Assembly (NCBI GenBank): GCA_001179505.1
Contig: CDMY01000290.1
Location: 62,001-126,000 of the forward strand
Direction of reading: 5' to 3'
DNA length: 64,000 nucleotides
Source: Vitrella brassicaformis CCMP3155
Taxonomy: Eukaryota > Protista > Chromerida
A program made the translations under genes and the position numbers. This document shows positions 12,627 to 25,470 of the stretch, piece by piece. The notes under the pieces were generated by a model. It had not been told where the DNA came from, ran no database searches, and saw only the letters and a program-made list of their open reading frames with translations. Every line of letters starts with the position of its first letter. Positions within the stretch are counted from its first letter, which is position 1.

Positions 12627-14122
12627 ATGATGAGAGCGGCAGCGTTGATCTGTGCGTGCCTCGTGTCGTCATGCTGGGCACAGCTCCTCCCGAGAGGCCG
12701 GGCTGGGGAGGGTATCCTGGGAGGCCAGAAACGCATCAAAGAGTCCCGGTACGTGTCACTGCCATGCCGCGCATTACTCCCTCTTGGCTGCATGAGCTGC
12801 TGTCCATCTGTCTGTGTGTGCAGGAAGGTTGATATGGCCAAGTGGGGCATGCCAGGAGTGAAGATCGGCATCGACGAGATGATCAAGAACGGGCCCACCT
12901 TCAACAAGCTCAAGGAGATAGCGGAGCTGCCATCGGACCAGATGTTCGACGCCCTCGCGTCGGAAAGGGGGCAGCGGCTGGTGAGCAGCCTGTTCGAAAA
13001 CCTGAGGCCACAGACGGCTGGCGACATCGTCTCGCAGCTCCTCACTCAGACCACACCCGAACAGGCCGAGCAGGTCAGTCAGGCAGGGCCCTCAGCTGTT
13101 GTTTGGGTGCGGCATTTATCCACTGGCTGTGCGCGTGTGCAGATGGTTGAGACGGTGATGGAGAAGCTGGAAGACGAGGAGACGCCCCAGATGCTGGAGG
13201 AGCTCGTCGACAGACTCAACGAGGAACAACTGCAGGACATTGTCGCCACTTTCGTCGAACGGGTGAGTGAGCTCACGGCAAGCACGCATCACAGTGCGGC
13301 CATCACCCCCCTGTTGTGGCGTTCCGTCAGGTCCCGTCAGAGCCTATAGCCGAGTTCGCCAAGGCGTTGGCATCCATTGATGAGGAGAAGATCGAGAAGG
13401 TCAGTCAGCACGAGCCAGCCAGGGAACACGCATCCTCACCGCATTCGTCACCTCTGTGTGCGCCAATGTGTCGTGTCTGCAGAGCGGTTTGGATCCCGAG
13501 AAGCTGAGGCCCATCTTGGCCAAGCTCCTCGACAGTATCGATGATGAAGACTACAACAAGCTCGCCGGCGCCATCGAGGAGGCCCTCCCCCCATCCAACC
13601 TTGGGGGCGTCCTGGCGGCCACTCTCCCCTCTCTTCAGACCAACTCACTCCTCTTCGAGCGCACTCTGCGCACCATCTTCTCCGCAGAGGACACACTCGA
13701 GCGGTCGGCACCCGCCACGGCTGACGCGGATGAGAGCAAGAATCCGCTAGAGAGGACTCGCAAGATCCTGGAGGAGACGCTGCTGCAGGCACCGAGCAGC
13801 ACGGGCAACAAAGTCGTCGCCTTCATCCTTGAGGACTCGAAGCTCGACGCCTTTGCGACACCAGCAGAACGTGAAGAGTTTGTCAAGTGAGCCAAGAGAG
13901 GGAAGAGTGGGGACACAAAAACCGGACTGCACTGATGAGAGCCGTTGTGTGTGTCGCAGGGGGCTGATCGATGACATCCAGACGAAGAACAAGACGCTGG
14001 CTGGCGAGCTGCGGGAGCTCCTGGACGAGGAGGACACAGACGGCAAGACAGCCAGCATTTTGAGCAAAACGAACAGCACCACGAGCGCCAGCAACAGCAC
14101 GGCAAAGGACGAGAAGCGGTAG
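12627..14122 (+). CDS. Secreted acidic alpha-helical protein of unknown function
   Basis: Signal peptide MMRAAALICACLVSSCWAQ. About 6 exons with canonical splice sites. E/D/L-rich helices; stop TAG 14120-14122. Confidence 0.75.
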
Positions 14123-14250
14123 CCGAGAAATGCGAAGAGTGTGGGTATCGTACTGGCATGTGTGTGTATGTATGGGATGCATACAATGAATGCATCGACT
14201 GATATAATGAGGCAGTCAGGCCTATAGGCCTCCCGGCCCAGAGATGAGAT

Positions 14251-14316
14251 CCTTCCCTTCCCTCTCCCTTCCCTCTCCCTTCCCTCTCCCTTCCCTCTCC
14301 CTCCCCTCCCCTCCCC
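14251..14316. repeat. Polypyrimidine minisatellite (CCCTTCCCTCT)n
   Basis: Directly visible tandem 11-mer-like units. Confidence 0.85.
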
Positions 14317-15239
14317 CGCTTCATGTCTGCCTCCCCCTGTGAGGGAGTGTGTGTCTCTTGACAGGCAGGGCCGGTTTTACGTGACGTACGTGAGCGTTTG
14401 TTGATGGGACACATGAGAGTATGTATGTAATCTGCGTCCATGTGTCGTGTCAAGGTCTGTGTATATTTGCTAGCCTGTTTTGGATGGGAATAAGAGTAGG
14501 AGGGAGGGAGGGGTGGTTGATGGGGTGGGTGGTGGAGAGAGAGATGGATGCGCCGGCCCCCAAAGTGGGAGCTAGGTAGAGCATAGCACACATTCGATCA
14601 TTCAGGGCGCATCGACTAAATACTAGGCGTCTATCATTGTGAGGGGATGGCATATGAGTGGGTCCCATGGTGTGTCTTCGTGTGTGTACGGATGTATGTA
14701 TGTGATTGAGTGGGTGTCTTGAGCTGAGCTCGTGTGGATTCCGAATGAATGGACACGACACGTTGCATATATTTTTGTGGATGGATGCTCATTCGTGTTC
14801 ATAGCAACAAGAAGCCTTCCTGTCGCTTTCATAGCCATGCACACGTCTGTTGTCCCTAGGCTGCTGCGACATAGCTGCCTACATGTGTGTGTGTGCTGCC
14901 GTGGCCACATCATCACCACACGCACCAACATCTCCAAGCTCGCTAAGTGTGATCGAACTCAAAAGCTGCCCTTGCGGCGTACGAACCGAGCGGTTCGGAT
15001 AGGGGACGACGGGCTGATACGCTGGAAAGTTCGGGCAAGAGCGCGTATGCCTGGTGGGCCACAGATTGCTGGGAGAGCGCTCATGCCCCTCCTCCCGAAG
15101 CTGCTCCTCCCATATGAGCCGCAGAGCATAGGCGTCGGCAAGCGGCGCTGGATGCACAATACATGTGAATCGTGGGCAAACGACACACCTTGGGTTCCTT
15201 GTCCTTGTAGCACACGAGGACGTCCGTGTAGCCATCAAC

Positions 15240-16100
15240 GTCTTCGGGAGGAAGAGGGCCCTCTCCACTCGGGCGGGAAACCACGTGGCGGGCATGGCAC
15301 GGGGCATTGGCGGTGAAAGGCAGGAGTGCAGCGAAACGTCGCCTCTGCGCCTTTCGATTTTCACGTGAAGCCCTCCCACATCAGCGAGGCCACTGCAGAC
15401 AATGTAGATGCCGGACAGCCCGCACATCGGGGGCGGTGCTGGTATGGACAGGCGGAGCGGCCTGGCCGTCCATGGAGTGGAATGAACGATCAACAAAGTA
15501 ACTGAAGCGATGGCAACAGCCACCACAACGACAGCAACCGCTACACCTACACCAACGCCGCACACAGCACACACACAGCACAGCACCGCAGAGCACAACA
15601 CGTGAGTGAATGCTTATGTGAATGTGTGTTACCTCAGATGATACCTACTGCGTTCGATGGTCTCAATCGTGCTGTACAAAGAGGCCGGCGGCTGAAAAGT
15701 ATGCGTGTGTGATGCGGTCATGTGTCGTAGGTCACCGTGTAGCACATTGAGTGGGCTCTCTCGTGGGGCCGGAAGCAGCTGGGCGGAGCTGCAGTTGTCG
15801 CGAAAACACGGGTCAGTGAAATCTGGACACACGGAACAGGGAAATCAGTGTACGGTGACAGCCACCATGAAGCCTGGCTGGTTCGCCGACTATGACGTGG
15901 AGTTCATGGACGTGGACGGGTGGCTGTACATGCCATGCCATGTGGACATTGCTTGACGCGATATGAGCAGGGAAAGGGCCCTCTCCACTCGGGCGGGGAA
16001 ACCATGTGGCGGGCATTGGTCGGGGTCAAACACGTCACGGTGAAAGGCAGGAGTTTCGATTTTCACGTGAAGCCCTCCCACTTCAGCGAGGCTACCATAC
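15240..16100 (+). pseudogene. Two decayed copies of an unknown coding segment
   Basis: Segments near 15255-15390 and 15973-16093 share agggccctctccactcgggcggg...ttcgattttcacgtgaagccctccca. The conserved reading GPLHSGG...FDFHVKPSH.SEAT is broken by frameshifts and stops. Confidence 0.4.
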
Positions 16101-16631
16101 TTAGACGCTGCGGCTCTGCAGCCTGCTGCACCGTCCTTTGTTGTCGCTCATTGTCGTCGCTCACCAAGAGCTGCAAAGAGGAAAACCAAGCATAAGATAC
16201 ACCGGATGAATTGCATGATTGAGGGTTGGTCGATTGACTGCCTGTCGTTGCGCATCTACTGAAACAGGAGTGTGTACGAGCACATCTCGCTCTTCTCTCC
16301 GTCTTCTCCCGCCTTCTCTCGCTTGTTGAAACATGATGATGATGAGCCACTCACTGGCCAATCTGCACAATACTTAGAGGCAGGAGCGAAAGCTGCAAAT
16401 TGTTCAGCAGCAGATTTTCATCTCGAGGTGCGAGCTGCTATTCGGCCCACTGTAACGACGCATTTTTCCGCTCTCTCCCGTCTTCGAAGGACAGCCCCTG
16501 AAACAGCTTCCGAGGAGCAGGAGCAAGTCCGACGGAGAGACTGTTCTGCGGCGCGGCGTGAGTTGTGATTCTCACCCTCTTCTCGGGGTGAAGGTGCGTT
16601 GAGGAGAGGCAGGTGGCGGCATCGTCTCAGA

Positions 16632-19600
16632 ATGGGTACGGTGGAGGCGGTCGAGGGGCCCATGCCGCCAACCAAGGCCGCAGGTGCGGGTAGCCAGCCA
16701 CCCAGTGGCCGAGGGAGACCGCGCGGCTGCACTCTGGTGGTGCGCAGTGCCACGTGGGGCAATGACAGCCACGGCCTGTTCGACTACGAGTCGAGGAACC
16801 TTCACAAGAAGACCTTCAAGGTCACCGGCACAGGTGCGTACGGGAGAGTCAGGGAGGGAGGGGAGTGGACGTGTGCACCCGCATGCATCTGCACCATGAC
16901 GTGCATGCAGCTAGCTCACGGCAGGCAGGCCAACGAGAATCGGTGTCCACCTGCTGGCACGGCGCGGTGACCTGCTTGCTTCTGTTTTCCTCTGTGTGGT
17001 TGGTTTGATCAGGTCCGTGTTTATCGTTTCGTGCAGTGCGTGTCGGCACCGATGTGCAGCTGCTGTCAGAACAAGAGGTGAGCCATAGGGAGACAGACTG
17101 CTGTACACCAGCCACCGTGAATGAGAAAGAAGAGGACACTCACTCACTTTTGTGTCGCTCTTTTTTATGCAGGCGATCGAGCTGGCCCAAACAGAACGGA
17201 CCAAGACCCTCATGAGAATAGCGTGGGAGGACGGTGAGCATGCCGCAGACCGATGATGGGAACCACATTTAAAGTTGCTCTTGTCTGTCTGTGTGTGTCG
17301 TTGTTTGTTTCAGGTGCGTACTCCATCAGCCAGGCCGACAAGGGCAGCGGTGGCGGGGGCAGCGACAAGCTGTGGATGGTGGTGCGGTCCCTCAAGACAC
17401 AGGGCGTCAAGCTCACAGAAAACGACGTTATCAAACTCGGCAGATTCAAACTCAAGTACCGACTCGCTCACACACACACACACACACCACCCCCAAACAC
17501 TGCACACCGCCTCCTCATCTCATTTCGTTTCGTCCCGTGTCATCCATCGATCAGGGTCAAGGAAGTGGTGGCCACGCCCAGTCAGGCCGACGCGGCCATC
17601 GCCCGCGCATCACACCGGCCTGACGACGACGAGATCGAGACCGTGGCACCCGCCGAGCACGAGCACGAGGAAGAGCCCAGCGGCGGCCACCCCGAGGACA
17701 TGGAGGCACATAGCTCCCTCAACCCCTCCCCGATGGTGCGAGAGCCGCCACAAGAGACTTCAGACACCGAGCAGATGGACGCGGCGCCCGACAGGGACAG
17801 GGATGAGGGTCAGGTCACCCACCGGTCGGCCCACTCGTCGGCGGCCTACTCGTATCTGTCGGTGTCGCCCGTGGCTGCGACGACCTTCACGCCGATGAGC
17901 AACGCCAACACGGCTGTGACGGCCATGACCAACGTGACGGCAGTGCCGCCCACCAACCGGGCCGAGGGGGAGGACGTCACGCCCGTCTCGACGCTCGGCG
18001 GCCAGCAGACCACGGCGGGGGGCGATGACAGCAGGAAGGCCACCAATGACGAGGAGGCCGTGCAGCTCGTCAGACTGCTCGGGTGGGTGAGAAGGGGAGG
18101 GTCTGCAAACGCACCTCATCAGACGGCCGCAAAATGCAGTGCAATGCGTGTGTGTTTTTGGTGTCTGTGTTGCGTGTGTTCAGTGCGCTTCCGACGCGTC
18201 GTTCTCCGACGAATGGGCAGGCGAACATCTGCCGCATTTGTTTGTCCGAGGGCGGTGAGGCGGGGAACCCCCTGATATCGCCATGTCGATGCAAAGGCTC
18301 CATGCGATTCGTCCACCTACACTGCCTTCGGACCTGGATGGAGGGGCGACTCAACATCAGACAGGTCAGTCAGCTGACTGACATGAGACGAGAGAGACGA
18401 GATGGCCTGGATGACCAGGCAGGCAGACCAAGGCAAGGTTGGTTTGTGTTGGTGTGTGCAGCAGGACGGCACCCATGCGGGCGCAATCTTCTGGCGCACA
18501 CTGGACTGCGAACTCTGCAAGACGCCATACCCAACATTTGTGGTACAATCCCACGCGCACATAAAGGGACAATGGTCGATCTGTCCGTGTGTGGGTGTGT
18601 GTGGGTGTGGGTGCGTGTGCAGGAGGCTGACCACAAGAGCATCGAGCTGTTTGCCATCCCGCGGCCCGAGTACCCCTACCTGATGCTCGAGGTCATGATG
18701 CGACACAGGAACCCTCATACCGGACACGCACAGGCCGGCAGGGGACTGCACATCATCTCACTCGCACACAGAAAAATCGCCAAGATGGTACACTACACAC
18801 CCACACGAAGACGCCCACCCTCACGCGAGCAATCAAGGCATGTCTGTCTTTTGTGTGTTGTGTGTGTTGTGTGTATAGGGTCGTGGTCACGACAGCGAGG
18901 TGCGGATCAGCGACATATCGGTGTCGCGGTGTCACGCCACCCTCCGCTTCCACCGCGGCTGCTTCATACTCGAGGACCATTTTTCAAAGTTCGGCACACT
19001 CGTGGCACTCAAGAAACCATTCAGGCTCGACGTCGGCAACACCATTTCTGTCCAAGTGGGTGTGGTGGAGTGAGTGGGTCACATGTGAGTGACACGCAGG
19101 GCGCCGCATGTGTATTGCGTGTGTGCAGGTCGGTCGGACGGTGCTGACGGTCCAGGTGAAGCGGTCGTGGCGGCTGCTGCCCGGGTGCTTCAGGAGGACT
19201 CATGGCGTGGGCACAGGTGAGGAAGCCCCAGGCAGGGGACGGACGCACTGCACCAGCCAGCAAGCACTCACTGGATGGGTGGAGTGTGTGGTTTGTGTGC
19301 GTGTCGTGCAGATGTCGTGACGACGGATCAGCCGATCGGCAACTTGGCGTCGAACGATGCTGCATCGGGGCAGCGGAGGCACCTCTTTGCGCCGCCATAT
19401 CGATTCAACGGGTGAGGAATGAGCCATCCCAGATACATCTCTTGCACACCGAAATACTGCCTTTCTCTTTCAGAAACGGTCGCGCGGTGCCATTCTTCAA
19501 CAATCGTCGCCGGGCGCCCCAAGCAGAGGACCCCACACCAGACGACGATGACGAGCAGCAGCAGGAGCCGGCCCCCTTCCACCAGCAGCATCCCCTCCAG

Positions 19601-19951
19601 CTCGCCCTCCCTGCCGAACCAATCATGCCCATGCCTATCATCCACCACCCCCACCCTCCTGCTGACGCCACGCCCCCCACCACACACCACCTCGCCCACC
19701 AGAACACGGCACACGACGATCTGCACCTGGGCACCATGGCGAGGCTGCATCTGGCTGACGAGGATGAGCATGGCCATGATGACGATCAACAGCATCAGGG
19801 TGAGGGAGAGGGCGAGCATGAGAGTGGAGATGACGAGGGGGATGGCGTGGCGGCCACTCCGACTGGTTTCACGCCCATGGCTGCGACGGCTGTCATGCTG
19901 GCGATGGAGAGCATGGGCAGCAGGGGGCTGCGGGATGCTGTCAGCCAGTGA
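16632..19951 (+). CDS. FHA - RING-CH (RINGv) - FHA protein, putative E3 ligase
   Basis: C4HC3 ring CRICLSEG...PCRCKGSMRFVHLHCLRTW...CELCK. C-terminal FHA GRGHDSEVRISDISVSRCHA...SKFGT. N-terminal FHA-like region ending VIKLGRFKLK. Confidence 0.88.
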
Positions 19952-20313
19952 CTAACGGAGGGAGGGAGGAGAGGGAGGGCAGGGAGGGTGTGGGTGTAAT
20001 ATAAGGGGCCGGGGTAATTGGCGGTTACTAGTTGAATGATCAATGATCTGAATTCGTGGCTTTGTATTGTTTTGTCTGTCGTCTTGTTCTGCTATGAAGT
20101 GTGGGTGGCGGTGGGGACGGCCGTGGGGGGCGGTGGGGGCTGGCTCGCTTTTGCTTCTTGCATTGTCTTGTCAGTCAGTCAATGCACAGAACAATCGGCA
20201 CAACGTGCACAAATGAATCCCTGCATCGATGCGGGCAGTGGCGGTCTCCTTGTCTGTCTTTTTTTCCTCCTCTTCTTTCTACCACTCCTGCCCCCCTCCC
20301 CCCTCCCTCCTCC

Positions 20314-20613
20314 NNNNNNNNNNNNNNNNNNNNNNNNNNNNNNNNNNNNNNNNNNNNNNNNNNNNNNNNNNNNNNNNNNNNNNNNNNNNNNNNNNNNNNN
20401 NNNNNNNNNNNNNNNNNNNNNNNNNNNNNNNNNNNNNNNNNNNNNNNNNNNNNNNNNNNNNNNNNNNNNNNNNNNNNNNNNNNNNNNNNNNNNNNNNNNN
20501 NNNNNNNNNNNNNNNNNNNNNNNNNNNNNNNNNNNNNNNNNNNNNNNNNNNNNNNNNNNNNNNNNNNNNNNNNNNNNNNNNNNNNNNNNNNNNNNNNNNN
20601 NNNNNNNNNNNNN
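20314..20613. other. Assembly gap (300 N)
   Basis: Run of N flanked by C-rich low-complexity sequence. Confidence 1.
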
Positions 20614-21788
20614 CCAACCTCTCTCGCCCCCCTCCCTCTCTCGGTGGGCAGCTGTCAGAGCACCCCCACCAATCCCCTGTGGGTGGGCGGGCGGGTTTAT
20701 GTACACCGATCGGTACCTTTTTCCCTCTCTAATCGCACCCATTTGGGGGTGGATGGATGGATGGATAAGTGGGTTGGTGAGTGCTTTGCTGTCCTCTGTT
20801 GCGTGGGTGTGGCTGGGTGTGTGTGTGTGTGTGCGACCGACGTGTTGCATGGCATTGCCAATCAGTGGGTGGATGGATGGATGGATGGATGGGGATGGGG
20901 TACATTGCATTACACACACGGCTTGGCTGGCTTGGCTGCCATGATGCATGGATGTCTCGACACACACATACAATACAGTGGGATCGACCACTCACTCACT
21001 CAGTCACTCATTCATTCACGCCTTTCTTTACAAAGGTGGAAAGGCGTCACCCATTCATTCATTCTACCCATCTCACTACCAACAATGATTCAGTCAGTGC
21101 ATGTGTGTCCCTCCCTATGTCAGTCAGCCCTAGCCTTGCCCTGCCCTGCTGCCCTGCCCTGCCCTGCTGTCTGTAGTCTCTCCCCCTCTCTCTCTCCCTA
21201 TTGTTCCCTTTCTTGCGCCTGTCTGTCTATATCTGGCTGGCTGGCTGGCTGGCTGTCTGGCTGTGAGTGAGTGAGTGATCCCTTTCTGGGCCCCCTCTTT
21301 TTGCATGGCATGCAGGACAGGCACGGTGTGTGGGTGCACGGCTGGCTGGCTGGCTGGCTGGCTGCATGAACGTGGTCTATTTAACCCGACTGACTGACAT
21401 GGTGTCCGTGTGGTGTGTGTGTGCGTCCGTGTGCATTTCACATGTGCCACCCGCCCGCCCACCAGCCCACCCACAGGCAGGGGATTTGGTGGGGGTGCGT
21501 TTATTGATTGTTATCATTCTTTCGTGCATTGATTGTTATTGTATGACGAGACCAAACGTTGTGTACGCTCAATGAGATTTCTTTGTACGCACAACACATA
21601 ATGGATCGGATCTATCATTGATCGGATCGGCACACATACGCCACACACACACACACACGCCACACGCCACACGCAAATGCCAAGGTCCAATGTCCACTGT
21701 CCACACACACTAAGCCCTTCTCAACAAACAAACACACACTCTTCTTCGTCCATTCATCGCCTCGGCTCTGTGAGGCCTCCGTGGCTAT

Positions 21789-23001
21789 CTACCTCTGTAT
21801 TACGACTGACGCAGACGCACGGGGCGGCGGCTGTGTGGTCATACGACGGGTATCGGTGGGGTGCATGCCATGTGCCTCGAACAGCTTGTCATCGAGCATC
21901 GCGGTCGACTCCTCCACACACTTGGCCACCATCCTCCAGTAGCCCACCCACTGCATCACCTGCGTGTCCGCCAACACTATGTGCTTGGCCGGTGTTGGGG
22001 AAGGGGTGGTGCTGTGTCCGCTGCTCCCGGTGCTGCTGGCCTGCATCATATCCTTGACTGTCGTCTCTGCTGCTGGTGTGGGTGTGAATGCGGGGGCTCC
22101 AGGCGGCCGCAGAGGGATGACTTGGTACGGGATTGGTGTCGTTGTTGCTGTGGGTGTTGCGGCAGGCGCGCTCCCGGTTTGGTGGAAGGCGGCCGCGAGT
22201 TCGAGCTGCATCTTGCTAAGGGTCTCGGAGCAGGTCTTCGCCATCTGGTGCAATGCTGCAGTGCAGTGCACCACACATCACATCACAACACAGCACAGCA
22301 CAGCACAGCAGACCACACAGTGTCAGAGCCCACACGGGCTCTCTCCTCTCCTGTCCGTAGGCACCCACGCACCCACCTTGTCCTTCCGACTCCTGGAAGA
22401 AGACGAATGCGGCGCCCTTGTGCTGCACGGCAGCTGACGGTGTCGGTGGCACTGTTGTCGTAGGACCGACAGTGGTGCTCCTCATCGGCCCAGTCGCCGC
22501 GCCATGTGGGCCAACGCTGGCGGCGTAAGCCTTCGGGCCAGGGCCCGTCTCCTCATCTACGGTAGGAGTGGATGCATTCGACGGCCTCCCCGTCGTTGTC
22601 GGCTGCGGGAACAGCGGCGTGGGCAGGGGGGTGGTGGTAGTGGTGGTGAAGAGGTCATACAACGGCTTGAACACGCTCGATGCGGTGGTGGTGCTCGGCT
22701 GCTGTGTAGTAGTGGGTGGGGCGGAACTGCTGGCCGCCGCGGATGTGTTCATGGTCTGGCCCGTGGCAGTGGGCGAGGGGCTCATGGTCGTGGTGGATAA
22801 ACCACCCGCAGCGGCGGTAGGGCCGGATGGGGTGCCATACGGCGATGGCGGCGATGAAGTGGTCACCTGGGAGGGATCTTGCGCTGCTCGAAGCCTGATC
22901 TGCTTACGCACGGCACCTGGCGGCCGCTCGTCTGGCAAAAGATCGCTGCGGTGGGCCGTTGTCGCGGCAACGCTCAGCAACAGCAGAAAAATGGAATACA
23001 T
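21789..23001 (-). CDS. Secreted mucin-like Thr/Pro/Ser-rich protein (2 exons)
   Basis: Signal peptide MYSIFLLLLSVAATTA and T/P/S runs. A phase-1 intron joins ...ESEGQ to ALHQMAKTC.... Confidence 0.75.
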
Positions 23002-23174
23002 CGCGCTGGGGTGAACACGCATTGACTCTGCATGCATTCACGTTGCAATGACAAGGCAATGACGCGTTTTACGCTCGGCTCTAAGTCGTAAGTCGACGAA
23101 GTGGCAGCGCGAACCAACTGCACAGCACGAACTCCGTGTATCCATCTGATTCATCCCGTCTGCAGATCACGAAG

Positions 23175-24897
23175 ATGAGTCTGTTCGCCGCCGTCTTTGC
23201 CGTCTGTGCCTCATCGATGGCAGCAGCTTTCATCGGGCCTGTCGGCGTCCACCAAACAGCACATTCTCTTTCTCCTTGTCAGCGCTTACGCATCACTAAC
23301 AAGGCGCCAGGGCGGCAACTTATCCCAATCAGGCAAGTGCCATGTGCAAGCATCGTATCGTCCTTCATTCGTCTGTGTGTCTTGTCTTGCCTTTCTGATG
23401 CCAGGGCATCATCCTCATCGCCGGGCGATGGCGAGTACTCATCGAGGGACTGGGACAGCATCAGAGGCGGAGATGACGGCACAGCAAGCTCACCAAGGCG
23501 GGGCATCATGTCGTCCGTCGGCGACACAGATGTGATCGTGACCAAGTCTAAATCAGGTGCAGATGTGTTCATGCCGCCGATGCCGTCAACCGTTGCCCCC
23601 ACCGCCGTTATCCACTTCATCGGCGGCACACTGGTGGGGTCGGCACCGAGGGCAGCGTACGGTCCACTGCTTGAGGGCTTGTGTCGGCTGACGGGCGCCG
23701 TCATCGTGGCCACCCCGCTGCCCCTGGCGACTTTTGACCACTTAAGGGCATGTGTGGAGGCCAGCTTGCAGGTGTGTGGGGCGGCAGGGAGGGAGCGGGG
23801 CACTCGCAACGCCAAGCACATGGCGTGTGAAGAACGCTGTGTGTGTGATTGCAGTTTAGCGAGACTGTGCGTGAGGACTTGGGAATGACGGAGTCCTCCG
23901 TGCCAATCATCGGCATCGGACACTCACTAGGCAAGCCGCCCAATCAGACCCCAGACCACCCATCGATGACACACTGGAGCATGCTGTCTGTCTGCCTTTC
24001 TTTCCTCTCTCGCAACAGGGTCCAAGGTGCTGATGCTGCTGGGCGCCTTGCCCGCCGACAGCAAGGAGCGCCTCAGCCTCATCACGCCCTCCAGCAACAT
24101 CTTCCTGGCCTTCAATAACTATGGCGCGTCGCAGTCCATCCCATTTTACAGCCAGTTGCGGTCTGCAGGCCAGCAGCTGGGCGGCCTCGGACCGTACGGC
24201 GACGTCCTTGGCGAGCTTCTTGGTGGCGGTCTGCAGTCGCTCGATGACTCTTACGGCGGCCGGCTGGGCCGTCTTGGGAGGTCCTTCCTGCGCGAGATGG
24301 GTGTCGGCGGCCCGCAGGCCGACAACATGATCAGCAACCTGCCATCGGCGCTCGCCAACCTGCCAGAGGAGTTTACGCCTGATCCCGCTAGCACGTGGAG
24401 GATACTGGAGTCGTCTTATGGGGTGGAGAGGAACGCTGTGATCAAGTTCACGCGGGACGGCATCGATGAGAGCGACAGGCTGGCGGGGCTGCTGGTGTCC
24501 AAGATGGACCCGAAAGGAGGCAGCACCGACTTCATCACGCTGCCAGGTAGAAACCAATGGCACACAAGAAGGATTGATGCACACACATTTCTGTCTGACT
24601 GTGTGTGTGTGTTTCTGTGTGACTTCAGGTACACATACGACGCCCAATGACTCGAGTGCTCAGCAGCAGACGGGCAGCCTTGCCGTCACGACGTCGGCGG
24701 CGACGGCCGGGCAATACGGAGGCCCCCCAGCGTATGACGGCGGTCCGTATAAGGCGGGTGCGAGTGAGCCTGAGTTGGAAAAGCTGACGTGGGAGATGGC
24801 CGGGATACTGAGGAGGTTTATCAAGATGAACAAGGACAGGCGAGAGGTCAGCCAGGGGGGTGACTCAACTGAAGAGAACGAAGAGAATGAAGGGTAG
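23175..24897 (+). CDS. DUF1350-family alpha/beta-hydrolase-like protein, plastid-targeted
   Basis: Signal plus AAAF motif. AVIHFIGGTLVGSAPRAAY, VIVATP...FDH, GIGHSLG, NIFLAFNN. Confidence 0.85.
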
Positions 24898-25470
24898 CCA
24901 GACAGGCAGGCAGGCAGGCACGCGATGCGTGTCGAGTGAATGGGGTCTCGGCGGCCTCTGTCTGTGTGAGGCGTGTGGATATTTGTCTGTGTGTTGGTGT
25001 GACGTGACGAAAGAGATACGATAGATAGATGAGAGTGTCCGGTAGGCAGGCGGTTTATTCGTCGTGGCTGAGGGAGGGAGGGAGGGAGGGAGGGAGGGAG
25101 AACTCAATACGTATATTGATGTGATGTGTGGTCAACGAGGTCCTCTGCGCACCTTTCGCTCACAATCACAATCACGATCACATTCATCGAAGGGTCCATC
25201 AATCCAATCACGCACGGGTGGACTGAACGTCCACAGAAACAGGTCACATTGATTGATTGCCGTCGTTGCCTTCTTTGCCACACACGTGTGCATTGATTGA
25301 GTTAAATCTAGTCACATGCATCATCAAACCCACCAGCTCAGCATAGCCCAGCATCGTCGAAAAAACGAGGGCCCCCGAGGGACCATACCCGCCCCCACCG
25401 GCCCCGAGCAGCGACCGTTGCCGCCGCCACGAGATACTAGCACCCCCTCCCCCGCCCCTCCACACATGCA

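Noticed and set aside
20036-21270. Long ORFs spanning 20.0-21.3 kb
   Set aside because: They read through 300 Ns and microsatellites, so they are artefacts of the gap.
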